A stretch of DNA of 64,000 nucleotides from Octopus vulgaris (taxonomy: Eukaryota). Under the pieces are notes generated by a model. The model had not been told where the DNA came from and ran no database searches. It saw only the letters and a list, made by a program, of their open reading frames with translations. The stretch is from positions 146,754,001-146,818,000 of the forward strand of contig OX597816.1 of assembly GCA_951406725.2 (NCBI GenBank). Direction: 5' to 3'. The position numbers and the translations under genes are program-made. Shown piece by piece: positions 1-12,347 of the stretch (position 1 is the first letter of the stretch; each line of letters starts with the position of its first letter).

Positions 1-1655
1 CTCATAACGTTATGTAAAGTATATGCATGAGATGAAAAAGAGCCTTGACCTAGTTACAACATTCTCAAAGTATGTAGAGTTGGAGTTTGGTCAGGATAAA
101 TGGCGTTATATGGTTGTGAAAAGAGGAAAACTATAAACCAGACTAGTTACACCTTCATCGATGATTTGGTTGCTTCCCCTGTATCTGACGAGGGCGGATG
201 AAAATATATCTTACAATGGCAACTGTAGCAAAACACCTGTCACTAAAGAATATTACAGACGAATAAAGAAAATTTGGATCTTAGATCTCTCTGCATTCAA
301 TAAAACAGTGGCCCACAATGTGCTTTCAATGTCAGTACTCATAGCAACATTTGGGCTGCTTGATTGCACGCTTGATGAAATCCGAGCCATTGATGTGAAA
401 ACCCGAAAAATACTACCAAGCACACATAATTTCCACAGTGACGCAGACCAAGCACACGTAATAAACAATAAACAGTGACGTAGATCGCTTCTGCCTAAAA
501 CGTGAAAAAGACGGCAGCAGCTTAACATCATTCCAAATTGCCTTTGAATGTCGTATCATATCCTTTCGGCAACATCTTTTAATCACCAAACGTCGAAGTG
601 CATCCTTTGCCCAAATAAGTCCCACGACACTACTGCAATATATCAGTCGATGAAAGGATGATCCTATATGAGCAGAAGTCTATGCATGGATATGTTAGTA
701 GAAACATATTAACATCCATCATCAAAACAGTTTATCATGTACCAATAGGCGGATTACTAACTCTTACTTTCAACGGTATGCATTTCAACCAAGTAGCTGA
801 TGCACAAAAGGGACAGAGATGCAGGAACATCAGTAAAATGTGACAACCGATGCAGACTTAGTGAAGTTTACAATGAAGATATAACCAACATCATAAGCAG
901 TTGTCCGAAAATGTTATGACGGTATTATCTGCCGATGAGACATGACGTTGCAGCTAGGAACTCTGTAATGGAATCTGTCGGAAAGTTAAGTCTGTGGACA
1001 AAGAAATAAAAATCGACAATATGGTAGAAGCCATAACCACTCATAATAAAAAGGAGTACTGGTGAAATGTATCAATGAAGACCTCAATAAAAGGTAAGCA
1101 CAACATACTTGATATAATGATTTGGGATAGAGAACAGAAACTGTGCATAGTTGTGGGAATTAGCTGCCCAGCAGATGTTAGTATAAAGCTGAAGGTCAGT
1201 GAAAAAGAGAACACCTATGCTGAACTGTGAGAAATGTGCAGTTACTCTATCCAGATTACAAGTTCAGGTTTATACCTGTATTTATTGGGGTCCTGGGATA
1301 TGTAAGAAACTGCCTAAATATCAATCTTGAGAAATTAGGCTTCTCAAAACCATAAAAGAGAAAGCTAATTCGGAGACTGCAGATCCAATCCATAACTGGA
1401 ACTGTAAAAATCTGTAAAACATTCCAGAATTTTATCATTTAAATATATATGAACATGTCTAGATATGTAACTATATGCATGAGAATACATACATAAAACA
1501 TACAAACCTGCACAAACATACATACATACACACATTCATACATACAAAAGTACCCCGTTGTTCATGTTGAAATTCCAACGAGGGAACATTTGATCGAGGT
1601 TAGAAACCCGTTCTTTCTCTATTGTTAAAAAAATATTGAAATAAACTAAATAATG
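1..1655 (+). mobile_element. Degenerate R4/Dong-clade (RLE) non-LTR retrotransposon, 3' portion: RT C-terminus, CCHC knuckle, restriction-like endonuclease and 3' UTR
   Basis: Frameshifted translation gives LVTTFSKYVELEFGQDK (RT, cf. FSxDIGMEFGLDKC), CRLS...EDITNIISSCPKM...RHD (zinc knuckle + RHD), KHNILDIMIWDREQKLCIVVGISCPAD...EKENTY (PD-(D/E)xK-type REL) and IPVFIGVLG...LQIQSITGTVKICKTF..* ending ~1442. Many stops. Confidence 0.88.
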
Positions 1656-1659
1656 ACAT

Positions 1660-1830
1660 AGAGATCCAATCCATCACAGGAGCTGTAAAGTCTAGTTTAT
1701 CATTTAAATATCTATGAGCATGAAAATGCATACATGAAGCAAAACATAAAAATCTGCACATATAAATACATAAATATATACATACATACATACATACATA
1801 CATACATGCATAGATATATACGTGCATACA
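1660..1830 (+). mobile_element. Second, 5'-truncated copy of the same R4/Dong element 3' end
   Basis: agatccaatccatcacaggagctgtaaa...tttatcatttaaatatctatgagcatg matches 1381-1460 (agatccaatccataactggaactgtaaa...tttatcatttaaatatatatgaacatg) and continues into the same acat-rich tail. Confidence 0.75.
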
Positions 1831-2351
1831 TACGTATAACTGATGAATAAGAGAAAATAGAGTGAACGACGTTCTTTATTTTACATTAATACAATTGTTC
1901 CCACACTTCGTCATGCCTGCAGTACATTGATGAGATGATATACTTATCGTATTGCGTATCGTTACCATCCATCAAAGATGTAAAATGTGTTTCTTCAGTT
2001 GCTGAATAAGTCCATTGTTACATCAGACTCTCATTTCACTCTGTACAAGAATGAATTCACAAATCAGTGTACTAATTGCTGCATGAAATAAAGAATGACA
2101 TTCAGTTCATTTTGTCAATTTTATGCAATTCATCTCTTGTATAGTGTCAGCGGATACTATGATATTCCAGATGTATATCGAACGGCAGGCGTTTTACCAC
2201 TGTATGATGATATTCAGTAGCCAATACCTGTTAATGACCTTTCTGTAGCTTATTACAAATCTTTCACCAAAACTGTATTGAACTCATGTATACATACACA
2301 CACACATACATATGCATATATGCATATAAGCATATATATTTTTTATGCATC

Positions 2352-2765
2352 TGTAGCTGTGTGGTAAGTAGCTTGCTTACGAACCGCATGATTCCGGGTT
2401 CAGTCCCACTGCGTGGCACCTAGGGCAAGTGTCTTTTACTATAGCCTCGGTCTGAACAAAGCCTTGTGAGTGGATTTCGTAGACGGAAACTGAAAGAAGC
2501 CCGTCGTATATATGTGTGCGTATATATATATATATATAGGTGTGTGTATATGTTTGTGTGTTTGTGCCCCCCTCCCCCAATATCGCTTGACAATCGATGC
2601 TGGTGTGTTTACGTCTCCGTAACTTAGCGGTTCGGCAAAGGAGAACGATTGAATAAGTACTAGGCTTCCAAACAATACGTCCTGAGGTCGATTATCTCGA
2701 CTAAAGGAGGTGCTCCTATATGGCCACAGTCAAATGACTGAAACAAGTAAAAGAGTAAAAAGAGT
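2352..2765 (+). mobile_element. tRNA-derived SINE, family A (near full length, internal TA/TG microsatellite)
   Basis: A-box-like gctgtgtggtaag, B-box-like gggttcagtccc, CORE-like cctagggcaagtgtctt, tail ggccacagtcaaatgactgaaacaagtaaaagag. Multiple dispersed copies in the window. Confidence 0.85.
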
Positions 2766-2782
2766 ATATCTACCTTTCTATA

Positions 2783-3603
2783 GAAAGCTGCTTGGCACAG
2801 AGTGACCATGAACTCTGCTATGCATGCGCATTAACTTCAAACGTTTTAGTTCAATTTCACTCTTCACAGCAGTGATTGGAAATAAAGTATGTAGCTTGTT
2901 TTCGTTGCTTTGACCACGGCACAGCTAGTTGAGCAGAGAATCTCCATTAAATTTTGCTAAAAGCTTGGCGATACCTGTTCAGAGAACTACGTAACAGTTT
3001 TCAAAAAGTTTTCATTGTTCTCAACACAATCAAGGAGACCCAAGTGTCTTCTTCATAAGCTGAAAGCAGTTTTTTCACAAACTTGGCAGACATGCGTCTC
3101 ATACCCAAATCTTCAGTGATAAAAGATTGAACTTGAACGTAACTAATCTGCACATTCCTTGGTAACTTGGGGGGGGTGATTCGACTTTCCCCTCACAGGT
3201 CGATGCAGATCTGCGGTGCCTTTCTTAGCTTTGCTGGTTGCGGGTTTCCCTGAACGTTAGTCAATATCGACATTTTTTTCGGCCGTCTTGGAAACGTCTG
3301 CCCCACTCTTACACTTGTGTGCGGTTCATACACTCCTCTCCATGCACCTTCTGCGACTTTGTATAGGCCTCTAAGCAGGTATCACCATGACAACATTCAC
3401 TGTCGTGGTCAATGCAACGTCCATGCGCTACGCCCCTTTCTTCAATACACTGCTGAACAGGATGGAAGTGAACTACAACGTCAAAACGCAGTGCGCACGC
3501 ATAGCAGAGGTTCAAGGTCAATTTTTGCCAAGCAGCTTCACTCTGTGCGCTTTAGCTTAATTACGATGCCAACATTCATTATACTTATTGATCAGACCTC
3601 TTA
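2783..3603 (-). mobile_element. Internally deleted mariner (Tc1/mariner) transposon with long terminal inverted repeats
   Basis: Minus strand encodes EAYTKSQKVHGEECMNRTQV*EWGRRFQDGRKNVDID*RSGKPATS...ITEDLGMRRMSAKFVKKLLS (mariner N-terminal HTH region). 2785-2830 (aagctgcttggcacagagtgaccatgaactctgctatgcatgcgca) is the inverse of 3490-3540. Confidence 0.85.
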
Positions 3604-3618
3604 TATATGTGTGTGTTT

Positions 3619-3660
<42 letters not shown>

Positions 3661-3784
3661 TATGTGTGTGTTTGTGTGCGCTTGTATGTGTGTATATTTA
3701 TACATATATGTATGTATGTATATTATTTTTACGTCAGTCTCTATATATCTATTCCTCTTTTTATGAACATATATGTATACCATC

Positions 3785-4720
3785 CGATCTCACTCAAATC
3801 TCATATCATCAAGGTATTTAAGAGGGCGATGAGATCCCAAATAATCCACTTTCTTGAAAGCAACAGACTGCTGAACTCCAACAAACATGGGTTCCGTAAT
3901 TGAAGGAACTGTGTAACGCAGCTTCTGCATCGCTTCATGACATTTTGAGAGCCTTGAGAGAGGGCTCCAAGACCGATGTAATCTACCTTGATTTCAGTAA
4001 AGCATTTGACAGAGTTGATCATAAGATTCTCTTGAAAAACAATCTAACATTAGTGTCTCTGGTAAGTTCTACAATGGGTCAAGTGTTTCGTGACAGACCG
4101 AACTCAACACGTTGTAATCGAAGGAGTAAGTTCAAGCCCAGCCAAAATTAGTAGTGGTGTTCTACAGTGCACAGTGTTGGGCCCACTTCTATTCATCATC
4201 TACACTAATGCCATTACTGACATCATCAAGCACCACAACAAAAGAAGGTCACCAATGGAGTGGGTACCCGGACATGCCTTCAATCAGACCTACTGGATGT
4301 CATCCAATGGGTGGGTGGAAAAGGTCAATATGCTGCTACACGAGTACAAATTTAAGTTAATCCACTTCGAAAAAGATGATCCTGAAACTCCCATACACAC
4401 TTCTTTCAAGTGAAACTCTCATAGCCTCCCAGAACATAAGAGACTTGGGAGTAATTGTGGACAGCAACATAGGCTGGGTCGCTCATATAAACAGCAAATT
4501 TGACATGGCCCGTAGAATGTGTTCCTGGATTCCCAGCATTACCCTTTTCTTCTCCACTTTTGCACGAACACACCTTGAATATAGTTGGGCATTGTGGTCC
4601 CTTCACACGAAACAAAGTATCATGAATGTCGAAGTACCTCAAATGTCGATTGCAAAATAGATAGATGGTATGACAGGCCTTGAATATTTGAGTGAATTAG
4701 AACAGCTCATGCTTTATTCG
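3785..4720 (+). mobile_element. CR1/L2-group LINE reverse transcriptase fragment (pseudogenised)
   Basis: SHIIKVFKR...LLNSNKHGFR, DVIYLDFSKAFDRVDHKILL, SGVLQCTVLGPLLFIIY, IRDLGVIVD, RTHLEYSWALWS across shifted frames. Confidence 0.9.
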
Positions 4721-4918
4721 AGAAATCCCGGATAAACCTCCTACACCTGGATATGTCTCCTTAAACAAGAACTCTCTACTTGAATGAGCCATGTTATCCG
4801 AATCTTCATTTGAATGACTTGCTAGGTGGTGGTATCAAGTTAGACATGACCTGGGTCAATACTGCTCGATACACAAGCACACACATACACACGCACACAC
4901 ACACACACACGCACACAG

Positions 4919-4953
<35 letters not shown>

Positions 4954-4960
4954 AAAAAAA

Positions 4961-5039
4961 TTACTTCTAATATAAGAATAAAATTTTCCAAAGAAATTTT
5001 ATCAGCGGCCAGCATGTTAAAAAAACCTTTCATTTATAT

Positions 5040-5102
<63 letters not shown>

Positions 5103-5369
5103 AATTTACTTCTAATACAAGAATAACATTTTCCAAAGAAAATTTATCAGCGGCCAGCATGTTAAAAAACCTTTCAAGGTGAAAATATAAACGATTGTAA
5201 AACAGGTCAAAAGAAAAAAAATTTCTATGTCAAAATGTTGAAAAATAGACCTTAGATCTTCTAACCACATACGATATTTTTCACTATAAATACACGCTGT
5301 ATATTTATAGTGAAAAATATATCGTATGTGCTTAGAAGATCTAAGGTTAATTTTTCAGCATATTGGCAT
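4961..5369. mobile_element. Partial tandem duplication plus terminal fold-back, putative Penelope-like pLTR derivative
   Basis: 4961-5032 is repeated at 5106-5176, each copy after a (CA)n(TA)n tract. 5227-5369 is an inverted repeat with ~70-bp arms and a very short spacer. Confidence 0.55.
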
Positions 5370-5394
5370 AAATATTTTTTTGTAATCATATATA

Positions 5395-5560
5395 TGCGTG
5401 TGTGCATGTCTGCGTCTATATGTGTGTCTTTTTGTCTACGGTTGTCCCCACCACCGCTTCACAACCGGTGTTGGTGTAGTTACGTTTCGTAACCTAGCCT
5501 TTTGTTAGTAGTGCTTTGCCTGGCCACAGTCTAATGAATGAAAGAAGCAAAGGATAAAAT
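5395..5560 (+). mobile_element. SINE family A, 3' half
   Basis: ccccaccaccgcttcacaaccggtgttggtgtagttacg...tggccacagtctaatgaatgaaagaagcaaagg matches 2570-2760. Confidence 0.7.
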
Positions 5561-6151
5561 ATATCACTAGTGTATCGCACTTAATCAATCACTTCAGATA
5601 TCAAATGATAAGACTGTGATAGCTGTAAAATTGTTTGAGCATTTGACATGGATTTTCAACTACTTTTTTCCCCTGTGAATTAAGTTATATTCTTCTAGTA
5701 GTTTTTCTCTTCAGTAGTTTTCATTAATGTACTAAACAATTATATATTCGAAAAGTTACATAGGTTATGGAACACAAATGTCATATGTTCAAACAATAAA
5801 TACCTATAATTAGACTGGCTAAACATGGTGAGTAGTTGATGATAAGTCTCCCACAGATGTTGCTGACATCGTTTCGTGTGCAAAGGATTTCCTGACAATT
5901 ATGTATTTCCGATAGACAGCTCTCACGTCAATCACTGTTTCGCTTCTTCTAAACTCTGGAAAAATATATATACATTCATGTTTTTATGTACACACACACA
6001 CGCACGCACACACACACACACACACGTATATATATATATATAAATACACACACTCACTCATGCGAAAAAACAGTAATACACAAATATATTTCCCTGCCAG
6101 TGTACGTTGGTATATGAATGTTGTATATATACACACACACACACACACACA

Positions 6152-6209
<58 letters not shown>

Positions 6210-6278
6210 CATACATACATACATACATATATTGATGTGTCGAAACGTGTTATGTATTGTACTCAATAAAAATCAAGT

Positions 6279-6313
<35 letters not shown>

Positions 6314-6323
6314 CATACACAGA

Positions 6324-6371
<48 letters not shown>

Positions 6372-6711
6372 CATCTCTGTGGATATACATACATATATAT
6401 ATATATATACATATATGCATATGTATGCATGTATATATGTGTGTATGTGCGTTTATGTGTGTGTAAAAATTTTAAAAAGTGGCTTATTTGCTACTTACAC
6501 TTTTATTGTTTTGAAAATCAGCACGTTTTCAACGGTGTTTCTCATAAGATTGACGAAGGGAGCTGAGTTTAAACACAGGCGTTAAGACCCTATGAGAATG
6601 AATGTGCTCTACACCAAAAATTAAAGTGGTCCACACCAAAAGGAGAAATCGCGATATGGCTATGTGCGCTAGGTACATGAGCCCCTTTGTCAGTCATTAA
6701 GTTAGCACCCT

Positions 6712-6765
<54 letters not shown>

Positions 6766-7150
6766 CACACATACGAATATAGTGGTACACGTACACACAC
6801 ATACACACACACACAGACATATATAGCCTCACACGTGTGTGAGACGGTAGGAAATTTGTTTTCCAGCCACATCATGATTCCGTATTCAAGTTGAGGTATA
6901 TCTGTGACCATGATATTCTGGTGATCTGAAGAGAAAGCCTGCAACGTCAGCAATCATCTGTAAGCCTAAAATTTTACAGTGCAATGTGTAGCATACAAAT
7001 TAATGCAGGCATTTAAAATATTGTAATATACACTGAAATTATTATTGTATGATGAAGGCTGCGAAACGGCCGTGATCCTACGAATAACAAGTAGCTGAAT
7101 AGATATAATCATTTCGCATACATCTTGCCGTTTTATGATTGATATATATA

Positions 7151-8098
7151 TTTTTTTTACTTTTTTTATCTAGTTTCAGCTCACGAGCTGAGGCCATGCA
7201 GGGGCACCGCTATTTGGTGTTGCTGCATGATTTTATTTCACGAATGCTTTTTAGCAACTGCCATTTGGTGCATGAGGGAGTTCGATGCAGCTGCCCTCAT
7301 CTGCACCTCCTACAGTGAAGTTGGTTCATCCGGGACACCTGACAGGAAGAGATCCAGTCCTACTTTAAAGACATCCGCATCCACCCCATGCAGGTCCCTC
7401 AGGTTCTTCGGGAGGATATTGAAGAGCTGTGGGCCTCTGAAGCCCAGGCTATCACAGTATATTGTCCTATATCTTGATAGCAAATTTGGAGTCCTTAGCA
7501 CCACGCAGTTCTGGCATTTGTGTAACTCTCGATGCCAAAATAAGGGGCTAGTCCTTCCAGGATCTTCCAGATGTATATTATGGCATATCTTTCTCGCCTA
7601 CGCTCCAAGGAATAGAGTTTTAATCCCTTGAGTCTTTCCCAGTAGCTTATATGCTGCACAGAGGCTATCTTCTTCGTGTAGCTTCGTTGGATCGCCTCAA
7701 GTTCTGTGATCAACATGACACTGGGGGGTGACCATAGCTGAGAGCAATAGTCAAAGTAGCTTAGGACAAGTGTCCTCCAGAGGACCATCATGGTTTCTTG
7801 TTCTCTCGTTCTAAAGGTTCAAAGAATCCATCCGGCCTGTCGTCTACATTTCATTGCCAATTTAGCAACATGTACATGAAAGGTTGCGTCATCACTCATG
7901 TAAATACCCAGGTCACGCACTGATTGTGCCTCTGGGATTGCAATCCCTCCGGGTCTAGTGTATTCATTGGATATTGCATTTAGTTTTGCATGCTGATAGC
8001 ATAAAGCTTGAAACTTTTCAGCATTGAACTGCATGCTATTCTTTTCAGCCCACTTGTATATTTTGTCTAGCTCATATTGCAGGTGTTTAGTGTCTTCA

Positions 8099-8099
<1 letters not shown>
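7151..8099 (-). mobile_element. CR1/L2-group LINE, 3' end with intact tail
   Basis: [64 protein letters not shown]. The tail reads gcggtgcccctgcatggcctcagctcgtgagctgaaactag on the minus strand. Confidence 0.92.
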
Positions 8100-8160
<61 letters not shown>

Positions 8161-8312
8161 GTATACATATATACATATACGTATACATATATATATACAT
8201 GTATATATATGCGTGTACGTATGCGAGAGTGCGCATATTTATATAGATATAAACGTTTATTTAAACGAATGTGTGTATATATATACACTCACAAATGTAC
8301 ACACATATATAA

Positions 8313-8370
<58 letters not shown>

Positions 8371-9100
8371 GTATATATATACACATATATGTACGTATGT
8401 GTGTGTGTGTATGTATGTATGTATGTATGTATGTATGTGGAGGGGAAACCGAGAAAATGAGATGGGACGATTTATAGAAATTGCCTGAGCTATAAAATTT
8501 ATTGCATTACTGAAACATATTAAGTATTTTTATATACATGTATCAATGAATAAGCTGCATTTCTCGCAAATACAGTTTATAAATGCGTATAATTATAGGT
8601 GTCTATATCCATATAATATATTTCAGAGTCATCTTCGTAAATACTATCACGTACACACTCCGGCATACACATAAACACCCATATCAATACACATACACTC
8701 AAACTCACATATGTAATATCCACTTTGTAAAACTGCAGGTAAGTGTGTGTATGTGCGTGCGTGTGCGTAAGTGTATTGGTGCATGTTATCCTCTATTTTC
8801 TTTTCCTCCCCTTGCATCCCCGACTATATAATTTATAATACTTCGGTTGTAATATGCGCTGCATAAAATTGTATTATGTTCAGTTATTTCTTTATGAAAA
8901 CCACTTTTGAATATTTCTACAGGAAAGTGACCGTGTTATATATCTTATTTATTCAACTTCATGACAGTATCAATCACGGGATGTATTTTACGAAAGAAGC
9001 ACAACACATTATATTAACGATGCTGTTGTCCACATAGGAGAAAGAAATCGTAGATGTAGGTATTGCTGCCTATTAAATTTTCATTTCAAATTCTGTTTAT

Positions 9101-9445
9101 AGGCGCAGGAGTGGCTGTGTGGTAACAAGCGTGCTTCCTAACAGCATTATTTCAGGTTCAGTCCCGCTACATAGCACCTTGGGCAACTGTCTTCTACTAT
9201 AGCCTTGAGCCACCCAAATTCTTGAGTGAATTTAGTAAACAGAAACTGAAAGAAGCCTGACGTATGTTTGTGTGTGTATGTGTGTGCTTGTGTCAGCATT
9301 TTCCCCATCCACCGTTCGACAACTTGTAACTCAGAAACTCAGAGTATCGGCTAAAGAGACCGATAAAATAACTACCAGGCTTATAAATAAAACGATTTCT
9401 GGAGTTGTTTCATTTTGACTAGAAACAAGTAAAACACAAGAAGAT
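9101..9445 (+). mobile_element. SINE family A
   Basis: aggcgcaggagtggctgtgtggtaac...aggttcagtcccg...ccttgggcaactgtcttctactatagcc...gaaacaagtaaaa. Confidence 0.82.
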
Positions 9446-10493
9446 ATATAATCTCGCTTCAAACTTTAATATATTTTTTATTAAATGTTTAATCCGGCAT
9501 TAATTTTAGTTAACTGTTTTAATATCATTGTATTAAATGATGCGCTGAAACGCTGCGAACTCATAGAATCGTTACTAGGCCGGACAGAATGTTTAGTGTC
9601 CCTAATGATCCAGATACAATTCCAACGTGCCTTTCATCATCTCGGAGTTGGTAAAACAAGTATATTCGACCCTCGTGTCTATAGGAGAAAAGATTATTTG
9701 ATACATTGTTTTTTTTTTCTTTCTCAGATAATCTTTCAATTGCGAAATGCGATTTTTATGAACTCGGATTTAATATACATAGTGGTGCTATTTTAAATTA
9801 CATGAATGTTGCAAGTTGAATTTAGGTTGAAAATTAATCAAAGAAATCACAGTTACATTTTAAAACCGAGATGTTATGATAAATTGTTATACATACATAA
9901 ATACATACACACATACATCTATACATATACACGTATACATATATGTATGTACGGTATCGAAGCGGTTATACACCGCTGATCACAATGATATACTGTACTT
10001 GTCGGTTCTCCCAAACCGAGCGATTAATAATTATCGGTTTCATGGTGACATGATGTGCATCAGTAGAGTCAAACTTGGCTGGCTTACATTCCGCGCTGGT
10101 AAAGAAACGTTCGAGCTTTGTTTTCAGTCTTACGAACGCCTCTATTTCGGAAGGCCTGGTTATAGAACAGGGTATGATTATTAAATATATCCTCATTAAC
10201 AGGCAGGTTAGAAACAGCAGCGATAATGCTTTAAGGGTAAATCTGGGATGATTAGACAGGATATTGGTATATTATAACAATTCATTCGGTCCATAGGAAG
10301 GGAAATATGTTAACGTCTATGTCGAGAGTTACGATAGTTGCTTTAGTACTATTTTAGAATAAAATAAGAAGATTAGAATTCTTAATGCACCTATGTCCCT
10401 CCATAGATTCCTTCTCAATTATAATGTGAATTGCAAATATCAAATTTCTAAATATCTCAGAGAGATATAAGCAGTGGTGGAACGATAGAGCAG

Positions 10494-10758
10494 TTGTATA
10501 CTGTCAACTTAACGTGACAGTCCCATAAAGGGAATCACACATCACTATTTAGCCCTAGGAAGCATCAACGCTTCCTGTCGGCCTTGACACATGTCCTTAT
10601 GTTTACAAAGGGGAGACAAGCACCCCCGTCTCCCCTTTGTAAACATAAGGACACAGGAAATGTGTCAAGGCCGACAGGAAGCGTTGATGCTTCCTAGGGC
10701 TAAATAGCGGTGATGTGATTCCCTTTATGGGATGTCACGTTAAGTTGAAAGTATACAA
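10494..10758. mobile_element. Fold-back (hairpin) element, MITE-like
   Basis: The ~120-bp arms are near-perfect reverse complements (ttgtatactgtcaacttaacgtgaca...tgtcacgttaagttgaaagtatacaa) around a ~10-nt spacer. TA-containing ends are compatible with a TA target site. Confidence 0.75.
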
Positions 10759-11893
10759 TGTGAATTACCTTGGTAAAGAATTTCAGTAATGTTTACCTAT
10801 AGATATTCTCAAAACAGAACTTGAGAATGAGGAAGATCTAAGCTTGAGACAGGTTAACAGCTATCGTAATTTGATACATAAATAATTAGTTGCAAATATA
10901 TATGAGAGAATATTCCCCTACCAAATACCCTCAAAATTTACACTCAAACGGCAAGACGTATACATCAATGTGATAGCTATCATACCAGGCAATACCTTTA
11001 TAGCGCTCCAACTCACTACGTATTTATCAAATCGCACTCAAAAGCATGTGATTCATTACTTCATCACCTAATAGATTTACGTGTATAATTTTCCTCACTC
11101 CTCTGGGCAGACATTCTACAGATCTCCTCTCCATCTTATTCTATTGATGCTTATTATGTTAAGATTAACTGTTAGAAATATTGATTGATTCAGTGTCAGT
11201 AAGTGTATGTAAATTATGCTGTAATTCACTGCAGCATTAATAACTGCACTAACTAAAGTAATGAACCGATTAGGGAACTTCTGCATACTTCAATAACCTG
11301 TTAGAAATAGCTACCGCATAAGTAAATGACAACTTACCTCCGTGGAAATTGCATACTAAATGTTCAGGAATGGGATATAGTATACTCAAAATGAAGCACT
11401 GGTTTGAATGCGCTTTACTGTGGACATTGGTGTTATCAATTTGAATTGACTTGAGCGTAAACAATATATATAAACTATAAATATTGTTTGTACTAATAAT
11501 GAGTTCGTGCATTAACACAAATTCTGATATGTTTTGACATACAGTTCAAATCAATTAAGCCTGTTCAATATGGCGCGCATTTACTGACTTTGGATGTTAC
11601 ATTTGTTCATTATACAGCAAAATATAAAAGATAGGATTTTATTAAGAAAGTAAATATGCTACAGTGCTCTAACTTTCCTAACACGACGATGAAGAACTAG
11701 AACGATTATATAGCGCAAGCCTGGGTACACAACACATAACATTGTCTTACCGTATTATATGGAACTATTTACTGCTAGTTCTTGCTGCCATTCCACAATC
11801 CTATATTTAAATTGGACTCATTTGACCATGCTTATCTTAACAAATTCTTCTCATATTTTTCTCTTCAAATGGTACTCGAAGAGGCTGAGCAGA

Positions 11894-12347
11894 TGAAGAA
11901 GAAGAAGAAAAAGAAGAAGAAGAAGAAGAAGAAGAAGAGGAGAAGAAGGAGAAGAAGAAGAAGAAGAAGAAGAAGAAGAAGAAGAAGAAATAGAAGGAGA
12001 AATAGGAGGAGGAGAAGAAGAAGAAGAAGAAGAAGGAGAAGGAGAAATAGAAGGAGAAATAGGAGGAGAAGAAGAAGAAGAAGAAGAAGAAGAAGGAGAA
12101 GGAGAAATAGAAGGAGAAGAAGAAGGAGAAGGAGAAATAGAAGAAGAAGAAGAAGAATAAGGAGAAATAGAAGAAGAAGGAGAAATAGAAGAAGAAGGAG
12201 AAATAGAAGAAGAAGAAGAAGAAGAAGAAGAAGAAGAAGAAGAAGAAGAAGAAAAAGAAGAAGAAGAAGAAGAAGAAGAAGAAGAAGAAGAAAGAAGAAG
12301 AAGAAGAAGAAGAAGAAGAAGAAGAAGAAGAAGAAGAAGAAGAAGAA
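11894..12347 (+). repeat. Long interrupted (GAA)n purine tract
   Basis: ~450 bp of gaa with gga/aat interruptions. It produces the spurious poly-K/R, poly-L/S and poly-F/L ORFs. Confidence 0.97.

Noticed and set aside
6054-6585. Numerous [16 protein letters not shown] ORFs here and throughout the window
   Set aside because: They are stop-free frames of dinucleotide and tetranucleotide repeats, not genes.
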